Shown in pieces: positions 9,977-18,863 of a stretch of 43,191 bases of DNA. This stretch comes from an uncultured archaeon (GTDB lineage Archaea > Asgardarchaeota > Heimdallarchaeia > Heimdallarchaeales > Kariarchaeaceae): the NCBI GenBank assembly GCA_964645535.1, contig CAZYCQ010000025.1, positions 1-43,191 on the forward strand, in the 5' to 3' direction. The notes below the pieces were generated by a model. It ran no database searches. It was given only the letters and a program-made list of their open reading frames with translations, and was not told where the DNA came from. Position numbers and translations under genes: made by a program. Within the stretch, counting starts at the first letter, position 1. Every line of letters starts with the position of its first letter.

Positions 9977-12154
9977 ATGAGACCAAAAACATTACTTTTT
10001 TGGGCTATAGTGATTTCTTTTCTTGGGTCTTCAGGACTTCCTTTAACAAATGGTCTTGGACTCAGCCCAGTTGGAGCACCAATTGGAACAAAAGAATACA
10101 CACCGAAATTCGATGCATTGAATGTAAATCAGCAAATGACGTTATCTCCAATGTTTACGCCTGACAACGCTTTGGAGATCCACGCCTACTGGATTTCACG
10201 AGCAAATTCAACATTGGACGTCCAGAATCAGTACATCACCATGTTCAACACATCAAGTTCAACTACAGTTGAAGATTGGAAAAATGATCCGAATCCTGTT
10301 TTGAGAGAAATTGTCAAGGCATATCAAAGAGGTGTGTCTGTTCGAGTTCAGGTCAATGAGGATGGGGATTCAGATGATGTCACGACCTTCCTTCAGAGTG
10401 TAGGAATTCCAGTAAGATGGATGGGCTCAAGTGCAAACAATCCAGACAATGACTATCTATCTGCAACTCACAACAAGATGGTGATCATCGATGGCAAAGT
10501 CTCATTGATCAGTTCTATCAATTTCGGCGAAAATGCATTCACCCGAAATCGTGAAGCAGGAATGGTCATTCAGAATGAAGCCATAGCCGCATATTATACA
10601 TCTATTTTTGAATCGGATTGGGCAGATGGAGAAGTTCCTCCCCCCCTAGGTCCAGGTGAAGGGGTGGATCCACCATACCTGAATGATGTGGAGGTTCAAC
10701 TGTCCGGTTTTGATAGCCATACCGATATTCCAAAGGCAAACTTTACTGGAACTTACAATGTCACAGCCTTTACCAATCCAGACAATGCAAACGATGTCAT
10801 TTTCAAATATTTGAAATCTGCCAAGAAATCCATCTATGTGTCCATGTACACCATTTCACGGCCAGATTTCAATAAGACCCTGATTGATCTGAAGAAGGCC
10901 AATCCAGAATTAGATATTCAGGTCTTGATTTCAAGAAGGAGAGTTGGTGGAACTGAGAATATTGACACAGCCGCTGCCGCAAGGTCATTGGTCGAAAACC
11001 TAATTCCAGTATACAACAGTACGGATACCCTGAATTTCTATCATAACAAGTATTGGGTGATTGACGGCAAACATACGTTTGTCTATTCAGGAAACTGGTC
11101 ACCAAGAAGCGTTTCCCCCCCATTGGAAAGTGGAGACAATGCCTATTCATCAGGAGAAGCAAATCGTGATATGGGTCTTGTGGTAGCGGATGCACCGGAC
11201 ATAGCCCAATTCTTCATTGATGAGGTTTGGAAGAAGGACGTCGCAGTTGCTTCAGCATGGGAATTGCCGGTAGGTATCTCACAAACTTCATTTGAACATG
11301 CTGAAGTGGTAAGTGGAACAGTGACCCTGTCAGCCCAAGGTTCAGGCATCGAGCCGACCTTTGTTGGCTACAGATTTGGAAATGGAGATTTCCAAGAGGT
11401 TTCATCAACAGATGGATCCTTCTCAGTTCAATTCGACACCACAACCCTTCCGAATGGAATCACCACCTTTGAAGTGAAAGCTGAAACCCCATTGGGAACC
11501 TTTACAGATTCTGTGAGAATAAACGTCGCCAATTATGCATCAAGTGAAAATTGGAGGGTTTTGGTTACAGAAGTTCTTCCAAATCCGGATGCAGTCAGTG
11601 ATGCTGAAGGAGAATATTTTGAGATCACCAATGGATTTCCGTTTGATGTACTCCTAGGAGGATGGCAGGCAGGAACAGACAGCAAGTTATTGACTTTCGA
11701 TAGTAGCTATGTCATACCTGCATACACCTCAATTCTGATCGCAAGGAATAAGGACGGCGTGAACACAGGTTATGGAGTAACTGCGGATTTTGAGCTCAGT
11801 ATCAGCCTAACAAATTCAAAAGGGTATGTTCAGCTCATTGATTCTGAAGGATCTGTGGTTGATGCTATAGCTTGGGGAGATGCAGTAGCCCCAGATGGCT
11901 CCGAATCGGTCGATGCACCAGGTGCAGACGAGGCCATTCTTCGGGAACCGATCTATAGAGACACAAATTCAGCGAGTGATTTCGTGATCGGAACACCAGA
12001 TCCGAAAGGAACGGTTCCAAATCAACCATTGCTCCCTCCAGGTTCAACTGCATCACCCACGACACCAAGTGAAACAGGGTTGGAACCAGTTTCATTTGGT
12101 TTGATTCCCCTTGTTGCAGCATTGCCCATTCTTGTTAGAAGGAGGAAACAGTAA
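9977..12154 (+). CDS. Secreted, C-terminally anchored phospholipase D-superfamily protein with Ig-like and lamin-tail domains
   Basis: Signal peptide MRPKTLLFWAIVISFLG; two HKD motifs (HNKMVIID, HNKYWVID); Ig-like VSGTVTLSA...FDTTTLPNG; LTD VTEVLPNP...GEYFEITN...LTNS; T/P linker, hydrophobic helix, RRRKQ. Confidence 0.88.
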   Translation: MRPKTLLFWAIVISFLGSSGLPLTNGLGLSPVGAPIGTKEYTPKFDALNVNQQMTLSPMFTPDNALEIHAYWISRANSTLDVQNQYITMFNTSSSTTVEDWKNDPNPVLREIVKAYQRGVSVRVQVNEDGDSDDVTTFLQSVGIPVRWMGSSANNPDNDYLSATHNKMVIIDGKVSLISSINFGENAFTRNREAGMVIQNEAIAAYYTSIFESDWADGEVPPPLGPGEGVDPPYLNDVEVQLSGFDSHTDIPKANFTGTYNVTAFTNPDNANDVIFKYLKSAKKSIYVSMYTISRPDFNKTLIDLKKANPELDIQVLISRRRVGGTENIDTAAAARSLVENLIPVYNSTDTLNFYHNKYWVIDGKHTFVYSGNWSPRSVSPPLESGDNAYSSGEANRDMGLVVADAPDIAQFFIDEVWKKDVAVASAWELPVGISQTSFEHAEVVSGTVTLSAQGSGIEPTFVGYRFGNGDFQEVSSTDGSFSVQFDTTTLPNGITTFEVKAETPLGTFTDSVRINVANYASSENWRVLVTEVLPNPDAVSDAEGEYFEITNGFPFDVLLGGWQAGTDSKLLTFDSSYVIPAYTSILIARNKDGVNTGYGVTADFELSISLTNSKGYVQLIDSEGSVVDAIAWGDAVAPDGSESVDAPGADEAILREPIYRDTNSASDFVIGTPDPKGTVPNQPLLPPGSTASPTTPSETGLEPVSFGLIPLVAALPILVRRRKQ

Positions 12155-12155
12155 A

Positions 12156-12398
12156 ATGAAACGGGTAAAGGCAAAACTTCCTTCATGGGATGACGGGAAA
12201 CGATTTATCAAGGAGGTTTCTGAAATCTTGCAAAAAGATATTGAAATACGTGATGCAAATCAGGTGATAGAAACAGAGACCTATTCTGTCCACATGGTTC
12301 CCGATGACAGGGGATTTGCCTTTATCACAATTAAGTATGCAGATCTGCAAACAGGAGAGAAGATTGAAAAAATCCTGGAGAAATATGTTAGAACCTAA
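12156..12398 (+). CDS. Small hypothetical protein (80 aa)
   Basis: ATG 1 nt after PLD stop, GGAGG SD at 12141-12145; protein-like composition. Confidence 0.7.
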   Translation: MKRVKAKLPSWDDGKRFIKEVSEILQKDIEIRDANQVIETETYSVHMVPDDRGFAFITIKYADLQTGEKIEKILEKYVRT

Positions 12399-13096
12399 AA
12401 TTGTTGTTTGATTTTGAAACTCAATTCACGATACTCATTAAAAGAGTTCAGGAAATTGTTGAAATTTGAAATATTGACGATGGGAGTATCCTTATAGAAA
12501 CGTATTCCATGATCCCTCCATGTCAGGATGAGAGGATAGAGGGTGAAATTTTCCCAATGGGGAAATTGAAGAGGCAATGTCCCATGGATTTCATGAATGA
12601 CATTAAGGAGAAGTCGAACCCGTTCTTTTTGTTTCTCAACCGCAGCACGGATTGGGGATTGAGAAGGAGTTTTGTAACGTTTGCAATCAATGACAAGAAT
12701 TTGGCGAGATTCTGTATTTTCAGCAATCACATCGAGTTCAAGCCGCTTGTTTTTTTGACGGGGAGGAATAAACCTGAAGTTGGTTATCGTATTCCATCCA
12801 GCTTCCTCCAAGATTACGGAGGTCAATTCTTCAAAGGATTTCCAATCAAGATGCTTGACTATCTTTTCAAGAGAAAGACCTTGGTTCAGTGCATATTTAA
12901 GAAGACCCCCCAATGTCTCACTTTGCATCATGACACCATATTCCTCATCGGTGAGTGGAAAAGTGTCTTTGAGTTGAAGGAGATTTGTCTCTCCTTTTGA
13001 GAGGAAAGGACGAGCTTTTTCAAGTAGGGAGAGTACAGGAACTGAAGGGCTGACACTGATTTTGGAGAGCCATTCAGGGAGATCAGAATCGGTCAT
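12395..13096 (-). CDS. PD-(D/E)xK nuclease, Mrr-like restriction endonuclease domain protein
   Basis: LDWKSFEELTSVILEEAGW, ELDVIA, LVIDCKRY; ATGA overlap with the upstream gene. Confidence 0.8.
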   Translation of the reverse strand: MTDSDLPEWLSKISVSPSVPVLSLLEKARPFLSKGETNLLQLKDTFPLTDEEYGVMMQSETLGGLLKYALNQGLSLEKIVKHLDWKSFEELTSVILEEAGWNTITNFRFIPPRQKNKRLELDVIAENTESRQILVIDCKRYKTPSQSPIRAAVEKQKERVRLLLNVIHEIHGTLPLQFPHWENFTLYPLILTWRDHGIRFYKDTPIVNISNFNNFLNSFNEYRELSFKIKQQF

Positions 13097-14202
13097 TCCG
13101 TTATCTGGAATTCCATAAGACAGTAGATATCTCTTTTGCCTGCTGCAAAGTAGTTTGTGAATTCATACTTCTTACCAGTCAAAGAAGAAAGCACGCCTTC
13201 ATAAATGCCCATTCCAAAGTCACAGATGGCTCGGTTCGCTTCGGTGCATTTGTCACCAGGAGAGAGTGTGCAAAGAGATCTTGCCTTAATGTCTCGAATC
13301 ATGGTGACTGTGTCAGATTCAATGATTTCAGGAGTCAAAATGGCATCAGGACTGTTGCCAAAGGTTCCTTGAAGACTTTGAGCAAAAAACCGACCGATTT
13401 GATCTCCGATGGTTTTTGTGGAACGACCGGCCGCCAATGTTTTTTCTACTAGAAATTGAGTCAGAATAAGGACATTTTGTTCTGAATCATCAGTTCCTTT
13501 TCCTTCGAGGGGATTTTCATTATACCAGGAATTGGCAAACTCACTCATTACATCTTGGAGAAGCACATATAAGGTTGATAGAGGTAACTTCTGATGCAAG
13601 ATCGGTTGAAAGAGCTGGGAAGGATCGATCAGACTACTTTCCTCTGTTTTGATCGTCTGAGGCTGGGAGGGAGAAGAAGGAGAAGAAGTAAAGCCAGTTG
13701 TTTCACGTGCAGCAAGGGAAGCCGGTTCACCCCTGCTGGGTTGGATTTCAACAGCATTTAATTCAATATTATAGATTACACCTGTCGTGAAATCTATACG
13801 AACAAGTGCATCCACTTCCCTGTTTAGGAGATAATAACCAATGGCTTTCATAATGCTTTTGACAAGCAAGGTAAGACCTTGTTTTGAGGATTCCACCTGT
13901 TCAAGATGCCGGTTATTGCCTAAAACAATTTCAGCCTTTGTGGCTGAAAGCGTACGGATTTGGGCATTTTTCCAACCCAAAGACCGTAAAAAGGTGGATA
14001 ACTGTTCATTTATAGAAATTCCTTCGGCAGGAACGAAGAGGTTGCGGATGATTGGAACTACTATACCTGTAAAATTTTGACTGGAGGCGAGAGATTGAGC
14101 AGAATCCTCTGCAAGATACTGTAAAGATCTGAGAAGTATCCTGATAGTCTGGCTGGATTGGGTTTTTTCTGATCCGGTACGAGTCCAAATGTTTAGAGAC
14201 AA
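13093..14202 (-). CDS. Hypothetical protein with two V4R/Bet3-like domains separated by an S/P-rich linker
   Basis: N-terminal FLRSLGW...IMKAIGYYLLNREV; C-terminal SLC...C...ICDFGMGIYEGVLSSLTG...YCLMEF. TTG 14202 follows an AGGTGA SD; GTG 14211 alternative. Confidence 0.65.
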   Translation of the reverse strand: MSLNIWTRTGSEKTQSSQTIRILLRSLQYLAEDSAQSLASSQNFTGIVVPIIRNLFVPAEGISINEQLSTFLRSLGWKNAQIRTLSATKAEIVLGNNRHLEQVESSKQGLTLLVKSIMKAIGYYLLNREVDALVRIDFTTGVIYNIELNAVEIQPSRGEPASLAARETTGFTSSPSSPSQPQTIKTEESSLIDPSQLFQPILHQKLPLSTLYVLLQDVMSEFANSWYNENPLEGKGTDDSEQNVLILTQFLVEKTLAAGRSTKTIGDQIGRFFAQSLQGTFGNSPDAILTPEIIESDTVTMIRDIKARSLCTLSPGDKCTEANRAICDFGMGIYEGVLSSLTGKKYEFTNYFAAGKRDIYCLMEFQITE

Positions 14203-14217
14203 AGCGATCACCTAATG

Positions 14218-14257
14218 ATTACCAATTATGAGTACCTTCATCTGAAGGTATGGTAAT
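14218..14257. repeat. Interrupted inverted repeat immediately upstream of the V4R gene
   Basis: ATTACCA-(attatgag)-TACCTTCA tc TGAAGGTA-TGGTAAT; 15 bp can pair, with an 8-nt bulge. Confidence 0.7.
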
Positions 14258-14330
14258 TCAGTTTTTCTCATACTATAAGCACGAACCATGTTTTTAACCT
14301 TTTGTAGATTACCCCTTGTGTTAAGAGATG

Positions 14331-15131
14331 TCATTGATCAATTTCTGATTCTTCTGACTGAAGTTGTTTGCGAACTCGTTGATATTTGAGGGAAAATTCT
14401 TTAATCCAACCTTGAGAAATCGTTTGAAGTGATTCTTCCAATATTTTATGATTGTCATAATTGGAAAGGATTTGCTCAGCAGATTCACGTGAAAGCCGAT
14501 GGTAGATATCATCAAGAATAGGAAAAACCCGTTGAATATTGTCTACAATGGAAACATCAGCTGCTAAAGCAGTCCGTGACAGTGGGTTCAAATCGACGGT
14601 AATCACTTTTTTTCCCAATTTCACTAAAGCTTCGGTTCTATCCCCATCCTCAAGGGGAACAAAGACAACATCTGCAATGAGAATCCCGTCCTTATCAACA
14701 ACTCTTCTGAAAGATTCAAGGTTCGGCAATTCTGCAAACCGAGATTCATCAGCACCTAAGATTTTTTCCGCTCCAAGTTCTTCAAGATGCTTCTTGATTG
14801 CAGTATAACGTTCAGGTCGGCGGTAGAACAGGTTTATTTCTAAAGGGATACCTGTTTTGTTTGAGAAATCAACCATTTCTTTCCCGCATAGGATGGCGGT
14901 GTTTCCGTTGACAGAAATAACAGGATGAGTTGCGAGCTTTAAAAGCGCAGCAGCGGCCCCTATTGCTTTCTTTGCGAATTCGTGGGTTTTCTCCCCTAGA
15001 AGGTAATCAAATGCCTCACCCCTTCCATGGGCGATCAATCCAGATTCCGCGACGATATTGTTTTTCATTCCTTCGATCAGTGCATGTCTGATCCGTAATG
15101 ATTGAGAACGCGGATGGCTGTCAGGGATCAT
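14331..15131 (-). CDS. pps: 4-phosphopantoate--beta-alanine ligase (archaeal phosphopantothenate synthetase)
   Basis: IPDSHPR, GLIAHGRGEAFDYLLGE, PVISVNGN, ADVVFVPLEDGDRTEAL, DLNPLSRT. Confidence 0.95.
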   Translation of the reverse strand: MIPDSHPRSQSLRIRHALIEGMKNNIVAESGLIAHGRGEAFDYLLGEKTHEFAKKAIGAAAALLKLATHPVISVNGNTAILCGKEMVDFSNKTGIPLEINLFYRRPERYTAIKKHLEELGAEKILGADESRFAELPNLESFRRVVDKDGILIADVVFVPLEDGDRTEALVKLGKKVITVDLNPLSRTALAADVSIVDNIQRVFPILDDIYHRLSRESAEQILSNYDNHKILEESLQTISQGWIKEFSLKYQRVRKQLQSEESEIDQ

Positions 15132-15169
15132 CAATCGGAATTTCAATCAGCAGTTAATAAGCAGTTGGA

Positions 15170-15604
15170 TTATCTTCTTCTTTTCTGTTTTTTCTTTTTC
15201 CTTGAAGGAGGATGAGTGGGTTGAGGCAAACGGAAAGTCGAAGGAACAAGTTCAAATGGATATCTGAAAAAGAGATAGAACAACAGGAATGAATACAACA
15301 GATTAATGACGTCAATACCTCCAGGTTCAGTTAATGCAAGAATGGTATTGGCAATCAGGGAGATGTAAATAAAATTGTGAAAGGGAGGCTTATTGTTAAA
15401 AATTGCAAAGAATGAAATAATTGAACCTACCACAACTACGAGCAAGAGACTGAAAGCTATAGGATCGAAAGGGAGGTTGTTTTGTTGCCCAAGCAAAACA
15501 GTTCCGACAAGAGAGAGAATCTGAAACCAGATAAATACGAAAAGCAGAATCAGAAAAAGTTTTTGTGGTTGTTCCAAAGCTGCAATTTTTAATTGTGAAG
15601 ACAT
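15170..15604 (-). CDS. Small integral membrane protein (about 4 TM helices, basic C-terminal tail)
   Basis: Four hydrophobic stretches; ends SRKKKKQKRRR; starts 6 nt after the PEPC-like stop. Confidence 0.75.
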   Translation of the reverse strand: MSSQLKIAALEQPQKLFLILLFVFIWFQILSLVGTVLLGQQNNLPFDPIAFSLLLVVVVGSIISFFAIFNNKPPFHNFIYISLIANTILALTEPGGIDVINLLYSFLLFYLFFRYPFELVPSTFRLPQPTHPPSRKKKKQKRRR

Positions 15605-15610
15605 GTTGAA

Positions 15611-18442
15611 TTACCCTATATTCCGTAATCCTGTAGTAATTACATTAACGCTTTCTTCAATACCAAGCAAAAGTTGTTTGAGATGTTCCCCTTTTCTTCT
15701 TTTTTCCATTCTCCATCGTTTCCACAGTCCAGGGAACATCAAGGAGAGCGGATCAAGAAATCTAAGACGGTCAAGTACTGCCACACGAAGATAAGAACCC
15801 TCCAATAATTCTTTATTCCCAGTAATTTTAAGCAGCATCTGCACAGTTCTTTCAAATTCCTTCCTCATTTCAGCGAAAATTTCTTTACTCTCGTTGGATC
15901 CATTAGAAGCAAAATAATTGGCGATCGCAAGATTATTCTTCAAGAGAACCATTTGCAGATTATCCAGAAGGACACGGAAATATCCCCACTCAGAATGCAT
16001 CCTGCGCAAAATATCAAGCCCATGGGTTTTTTGGAATTGTTCAAGAGCAGAACCCACACCGAAAAACATGCTGATATTTAATCGACTCAAATTCCATGCA
16101 TAGTTCCAAGATGTAGGATTGATGGCCTCGATACCCATACCCTCTTTTAATTTGTCTACTGAGAAATATGGATTGTTGGAAAGGAGAAAATCAATGGAAT
16201 CTAAGGGGGAGCATTCAAGGAGATACCGGATAAATTTGGAAGAGCCCACAAATTCTCTGTAATGCTGTGATGCCATGTCACTGATTTTATCCAAATGTTT
16301 CATGTATTCTGTGGTGAGACCTTTTCTTTTCCCGAAACGATGTCCAATTCTTTTCTTCAGAGAAGCAGTGACTACAGATTTTATATTGAACAAAGCCATC
16401 TCCACATCAGAATATTTGCTGGGAATGGCCTCCCCCACCTCAAGAATTTGTAGATCTATTGAAGTGGTGTGTGGCAAGGCTTCAATTGCAAGATTTGAGG
16501 GAAGACCTCCTCGGCCTACTGGACTTCCTCTTCCGTGAGCAAAACGGAATCTGATACGGCGTTTTGCTGCGAAATCCGTAAGTTTTTCCTGAAGAGTATG
16601 AAGAAGAAATTGGGATCTCAAATAACCGACTTGTTTAGCAAGGACAGAAAAATTGAGGAACAGGGCTTGTGTCCGTTTGCGTTTTTGGAGAACCTGTCTA
16701 TAAACTGAATTTTGGAGAAGAACAGTAAAGTCATGGAGTAAACGTATCGCAGTATTTTCATCACCGACCATAGGAACAAGATCGACCATAATTCGGTCAA
16801 CCTTAGAAGGAGAAACTTTCAGCAATCCAACTTCCTTGCAGGTTAAGAGGACTGCCAAGTAGTCGGTATAGGATTGATAATCTTCAATAATAATACTTTG
16901 AATTGCATTTGGAGAAATAACTTCAACCGCGAAGACTAGGTTTTGGAACAATTCGACAAGTCTCTCATTGGAATCCGATAACAAATTGGTTTCATAGAAA
17001 AGATGGGCACCCAAAGGCCGGATCTTGTTGAGTTCTCCTTCAATCAGTTTTGCTTTGTCATCATAATTGAGGTCAAGGTATCCTGAAATGCCATTCAGTC
17101 TGAAAACCTCATCAAGGAAATTGTGGAAGTGTTTTGCATTGATGACAAGTTCTTGAGGCGCTAGATGGAAGCCGAAAAGTCTCACCTTTTCCATAAGTGG
17201 GTGGAAGTGAGTTTGTGCGATCATTTTTCCACCGCTTCTCTTGAGAGAGGAATAGATAACCTTGAGATCATCAAATAATTCCTGTGACCGTTGGTAATGA
17301 GGACCAGAGGGGAGAGAGATAATATAGGGATTATAGCCGACCAAGCCCAAGTCATCTGTCAACGGTTCCATTCTTACCCGGTTGTTTGTCAAGGTATTTT
17401 CAAGTTTAAGTCTGATGAAGTCCAATTTCCTTCGAAATGGTTCATCAATGTTCATTTCCCGTGTCAGGGCAGCAAAGTCTGGAAAAAGTAGTTCGTCTTC
17501 CTGAAGGCTCTGGATGAGTTCTTTGGAAGGTTCGAAGAATTTTGAAGAGATTGGAAGTTTCTTGAGGAGGGTTTTTACTTCTGCAATATATTTTCTGAGC
17601 ATGAGGCGTTTTTGGAGGAACAGCACCATCAAGGGCATCCGAGGTTCGATAAGACCGTTTGGAGATGAACTTTCCAGCAAATACGAGAATTCCAAGAAGA
17701 TAGGGAGGTTATAGTCCCCCATGCTCTTTTCCAAGATAAGCATTGTACCATCATAGAGTTCCTGGTAGACTCTTGCAATGGCCTCGACAATTGAGTTGTC
17801 AAAATAGTACATGGAATTGCGCACTTTCTCGATTTCAGAAGATTGGATCAATCTCCCTTCATTTGTTCCCCAAAGGATAGTCACTTCACTTTTGATCCTA
17901 GCCCGCAGTCGATAACGCTCGATTTGGTTTCCCTTTATTCGATGAATATCACCGAGCAGGGAGAATATGGAATTTAGAAGCTTGAGAAAGGATTGTTTGC
18001 GTTTATTGAATTCGTGCGGACTGAATATCAATTGGAGGAGGGACTTATGCATCAATTCGATAAAACTTATTACGTTTATCCCTTTCTGCCGAGCATATTG
18101 AATGGTATGTTGTAGATTCAATTGGCTATTTAGTTCATCATTTAGGTACTGCCCTTTCCGATATCGGGATTCTACTAGATTTGCAAGTTCAAAAGAAAGG
18201 ATCATTGACTTGATTATAGTTCCAAGGGTTTCAGGAGGTAGTTGTATCAATTCTTTCTCGATATCGGATAAGGATTTCCAATCTTGTGTTTGGAGATAGT
18301 GATGAGCAAGAAGACGAAGTCCTTCTTCAATTTGGAAAATTTCCCGCCCTCCCTGTTCAATGATGACTTCTTCCAAAATTTCATTTATGAAATTGAAGAT
18401 TTCGTCAATTTCCTTTTTTTCGGGGAGATAGTCTTGTTCCAT
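15611..18442 (-). CDS. Bacterial/plant-type phosphoenolpyruvate carboxylase homologue, probably catalytically inactive
   Basis: 943 aa, colinear with the Ppc family: FELANLVE, EPFRRKL, FGFHLA, AHGRGSPVGRGG, GVGSALE, LDPLS, C-terminal GLRNIG; catalytic motifs degenerate. Confidence 0.88.
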   Translation of the reverse strand: MEQDYLPEKKEIDEIFNFINEILEEVIIEQGGREIFQIEEGLRLLAHHYLQTQDWKSLSDIEKELIQLPPETLGTIIKSMILSFELANLVESRYRKGQYLNDELNSQLNLQHTIQYARQKGINVISFIELMHKSLLQLIFSPHEFNKRKQSFLKLLNSIFSLLGDIHRIKGNQIERYRLRARIKSEVTILWGTNEGRLIQSSEIEKVRNSMYYFDNSIVEAIARVYQELYDGTMLILEKSMGDYNLPIFLEFSYLLESSSPNGLIEPRMPLMVLFLQKRLMLRKYIAEVKTLLKKLPISSKFFEPSKELIQSLQEDELLFPDFAALTREMNIDEPFRRKLDFIRLKLENTLTNNRVRMEPLTDDLGLVGYNPYIISLPSGPHYQRSQELFDDLKVIYSSLKRSGGKMIAQTHFHPLMEKVRLFGFHLAPQELVINAKHFHNFLDEVFRLNGISGYLDLNYDDKAKLIEGELNKIRPLGAHLFYETNLLSDSNERLVELFQNLVFAVEVISPNAIQSIIIEDYQSYTDYLAVLLTCKEVGLLKVSPSKVDRIMVDLVPMVGDENTAIRLLHDFTVLLQNSVYRQVLQKRKRTQALFLNFSVLAKQVGYLRSQFLLHTLQEKLTDFAAKRRIRFRFAHGRGSPVGRGGLPSNLAIEALPHTTSIDLQILEVGEAIPSKYSDVEMALFNIKSVVTASLKKRIGHRFGKRKGLTTEYMKHLDKISDMASQHYREFVGSSKFIRYLLECSPLDSIDFLLSNNPYFSVDKLKEGMGIEAINPTSWNYAWNLSRLNISMFFGVGSALEQFQKTHGLDILRRMHSEWGYFRVLLDNLQMVLLKNNLAIANYFASNGSNESKEIFAEMRKEFERTVQMLLKITGNKELLEGSYLRVAVLDRLRFLDPLSLMFPGLWKRWRMEKRRKGEHLKQLLLGIEESVNVITTGLRNIG

Positions 18443-18472
18443 TTTCGATTACAACCACATCTGCCTTGATCA

Positions 18473-18480
18473 CTTTATAA
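18473..18480 (-). promoter_or_regulatory. Probable TATA box for the PEPC-like gene
   Basis: Minus strand TTATAAAG 31-38 nt upstream of ATG 18442. Confidence 0.5.
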
Positions 18481-18522
18481 CTCTATGGTGTAATGTCGCA
18501 GGATCGACAAATTTCTCCTGAT

Positions 18523-18711
18523 TCAGATTGAAAAAGGATTCAGACTTGAATTCAGGAGAATAACAAATCCGATCAGAACAGCTGTGAAAATCAAGGTTGC
18601 ATTTGCACTGATTTTCCGGCCGGGAAGTTCTTCATCAAAATATCTCATTAGCCCTGCACCAGTTGAAGGCATAGGGGCACTGTCTTTCTTCTTCTGTTGC
18701 CTCATCGACAT
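18523..18711 (-). CDS. Preprotein translocase subunit Sec61beta
   Basis: Basic N-terminus, AGLMRYFDEE motif, single C-terminal TM helix. Confidence 0.92.
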   Translation of the reverse strand: MSMRQQKKKDSAPMPSTGAGLMRYFDEELPGRKISANATLIFTAVLIGFVILLNSSLNPFSI

Positions 18712-18863
18712 GGTTCTTCACATCAGCAATCGTTAGGAGGCTTAAAAACCATTCCATATGGGGATTGATAATCTGATGGAAGAGATGTAGGTTGAGAAAA
18801 CTGCAAACAAAGGTGAAAATCAAATGAGGACAAAAAGCTTTGTTGACATTTAGTTATTAGAAG

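Noticed and set aside
12395-13096. Restriction-modification or defence island
   Set aside because: No methyltransferase, integrase or other defence genes nearby; the neighbours are housekeeping genes.
14212-14214. Pyrrolysine/amber readthrough into the V4R gene
   Set aside because: A strong AGGTGA SD overlapping the TAG supports an ordinary TTG start at 14202; no pyl genes are in the window.
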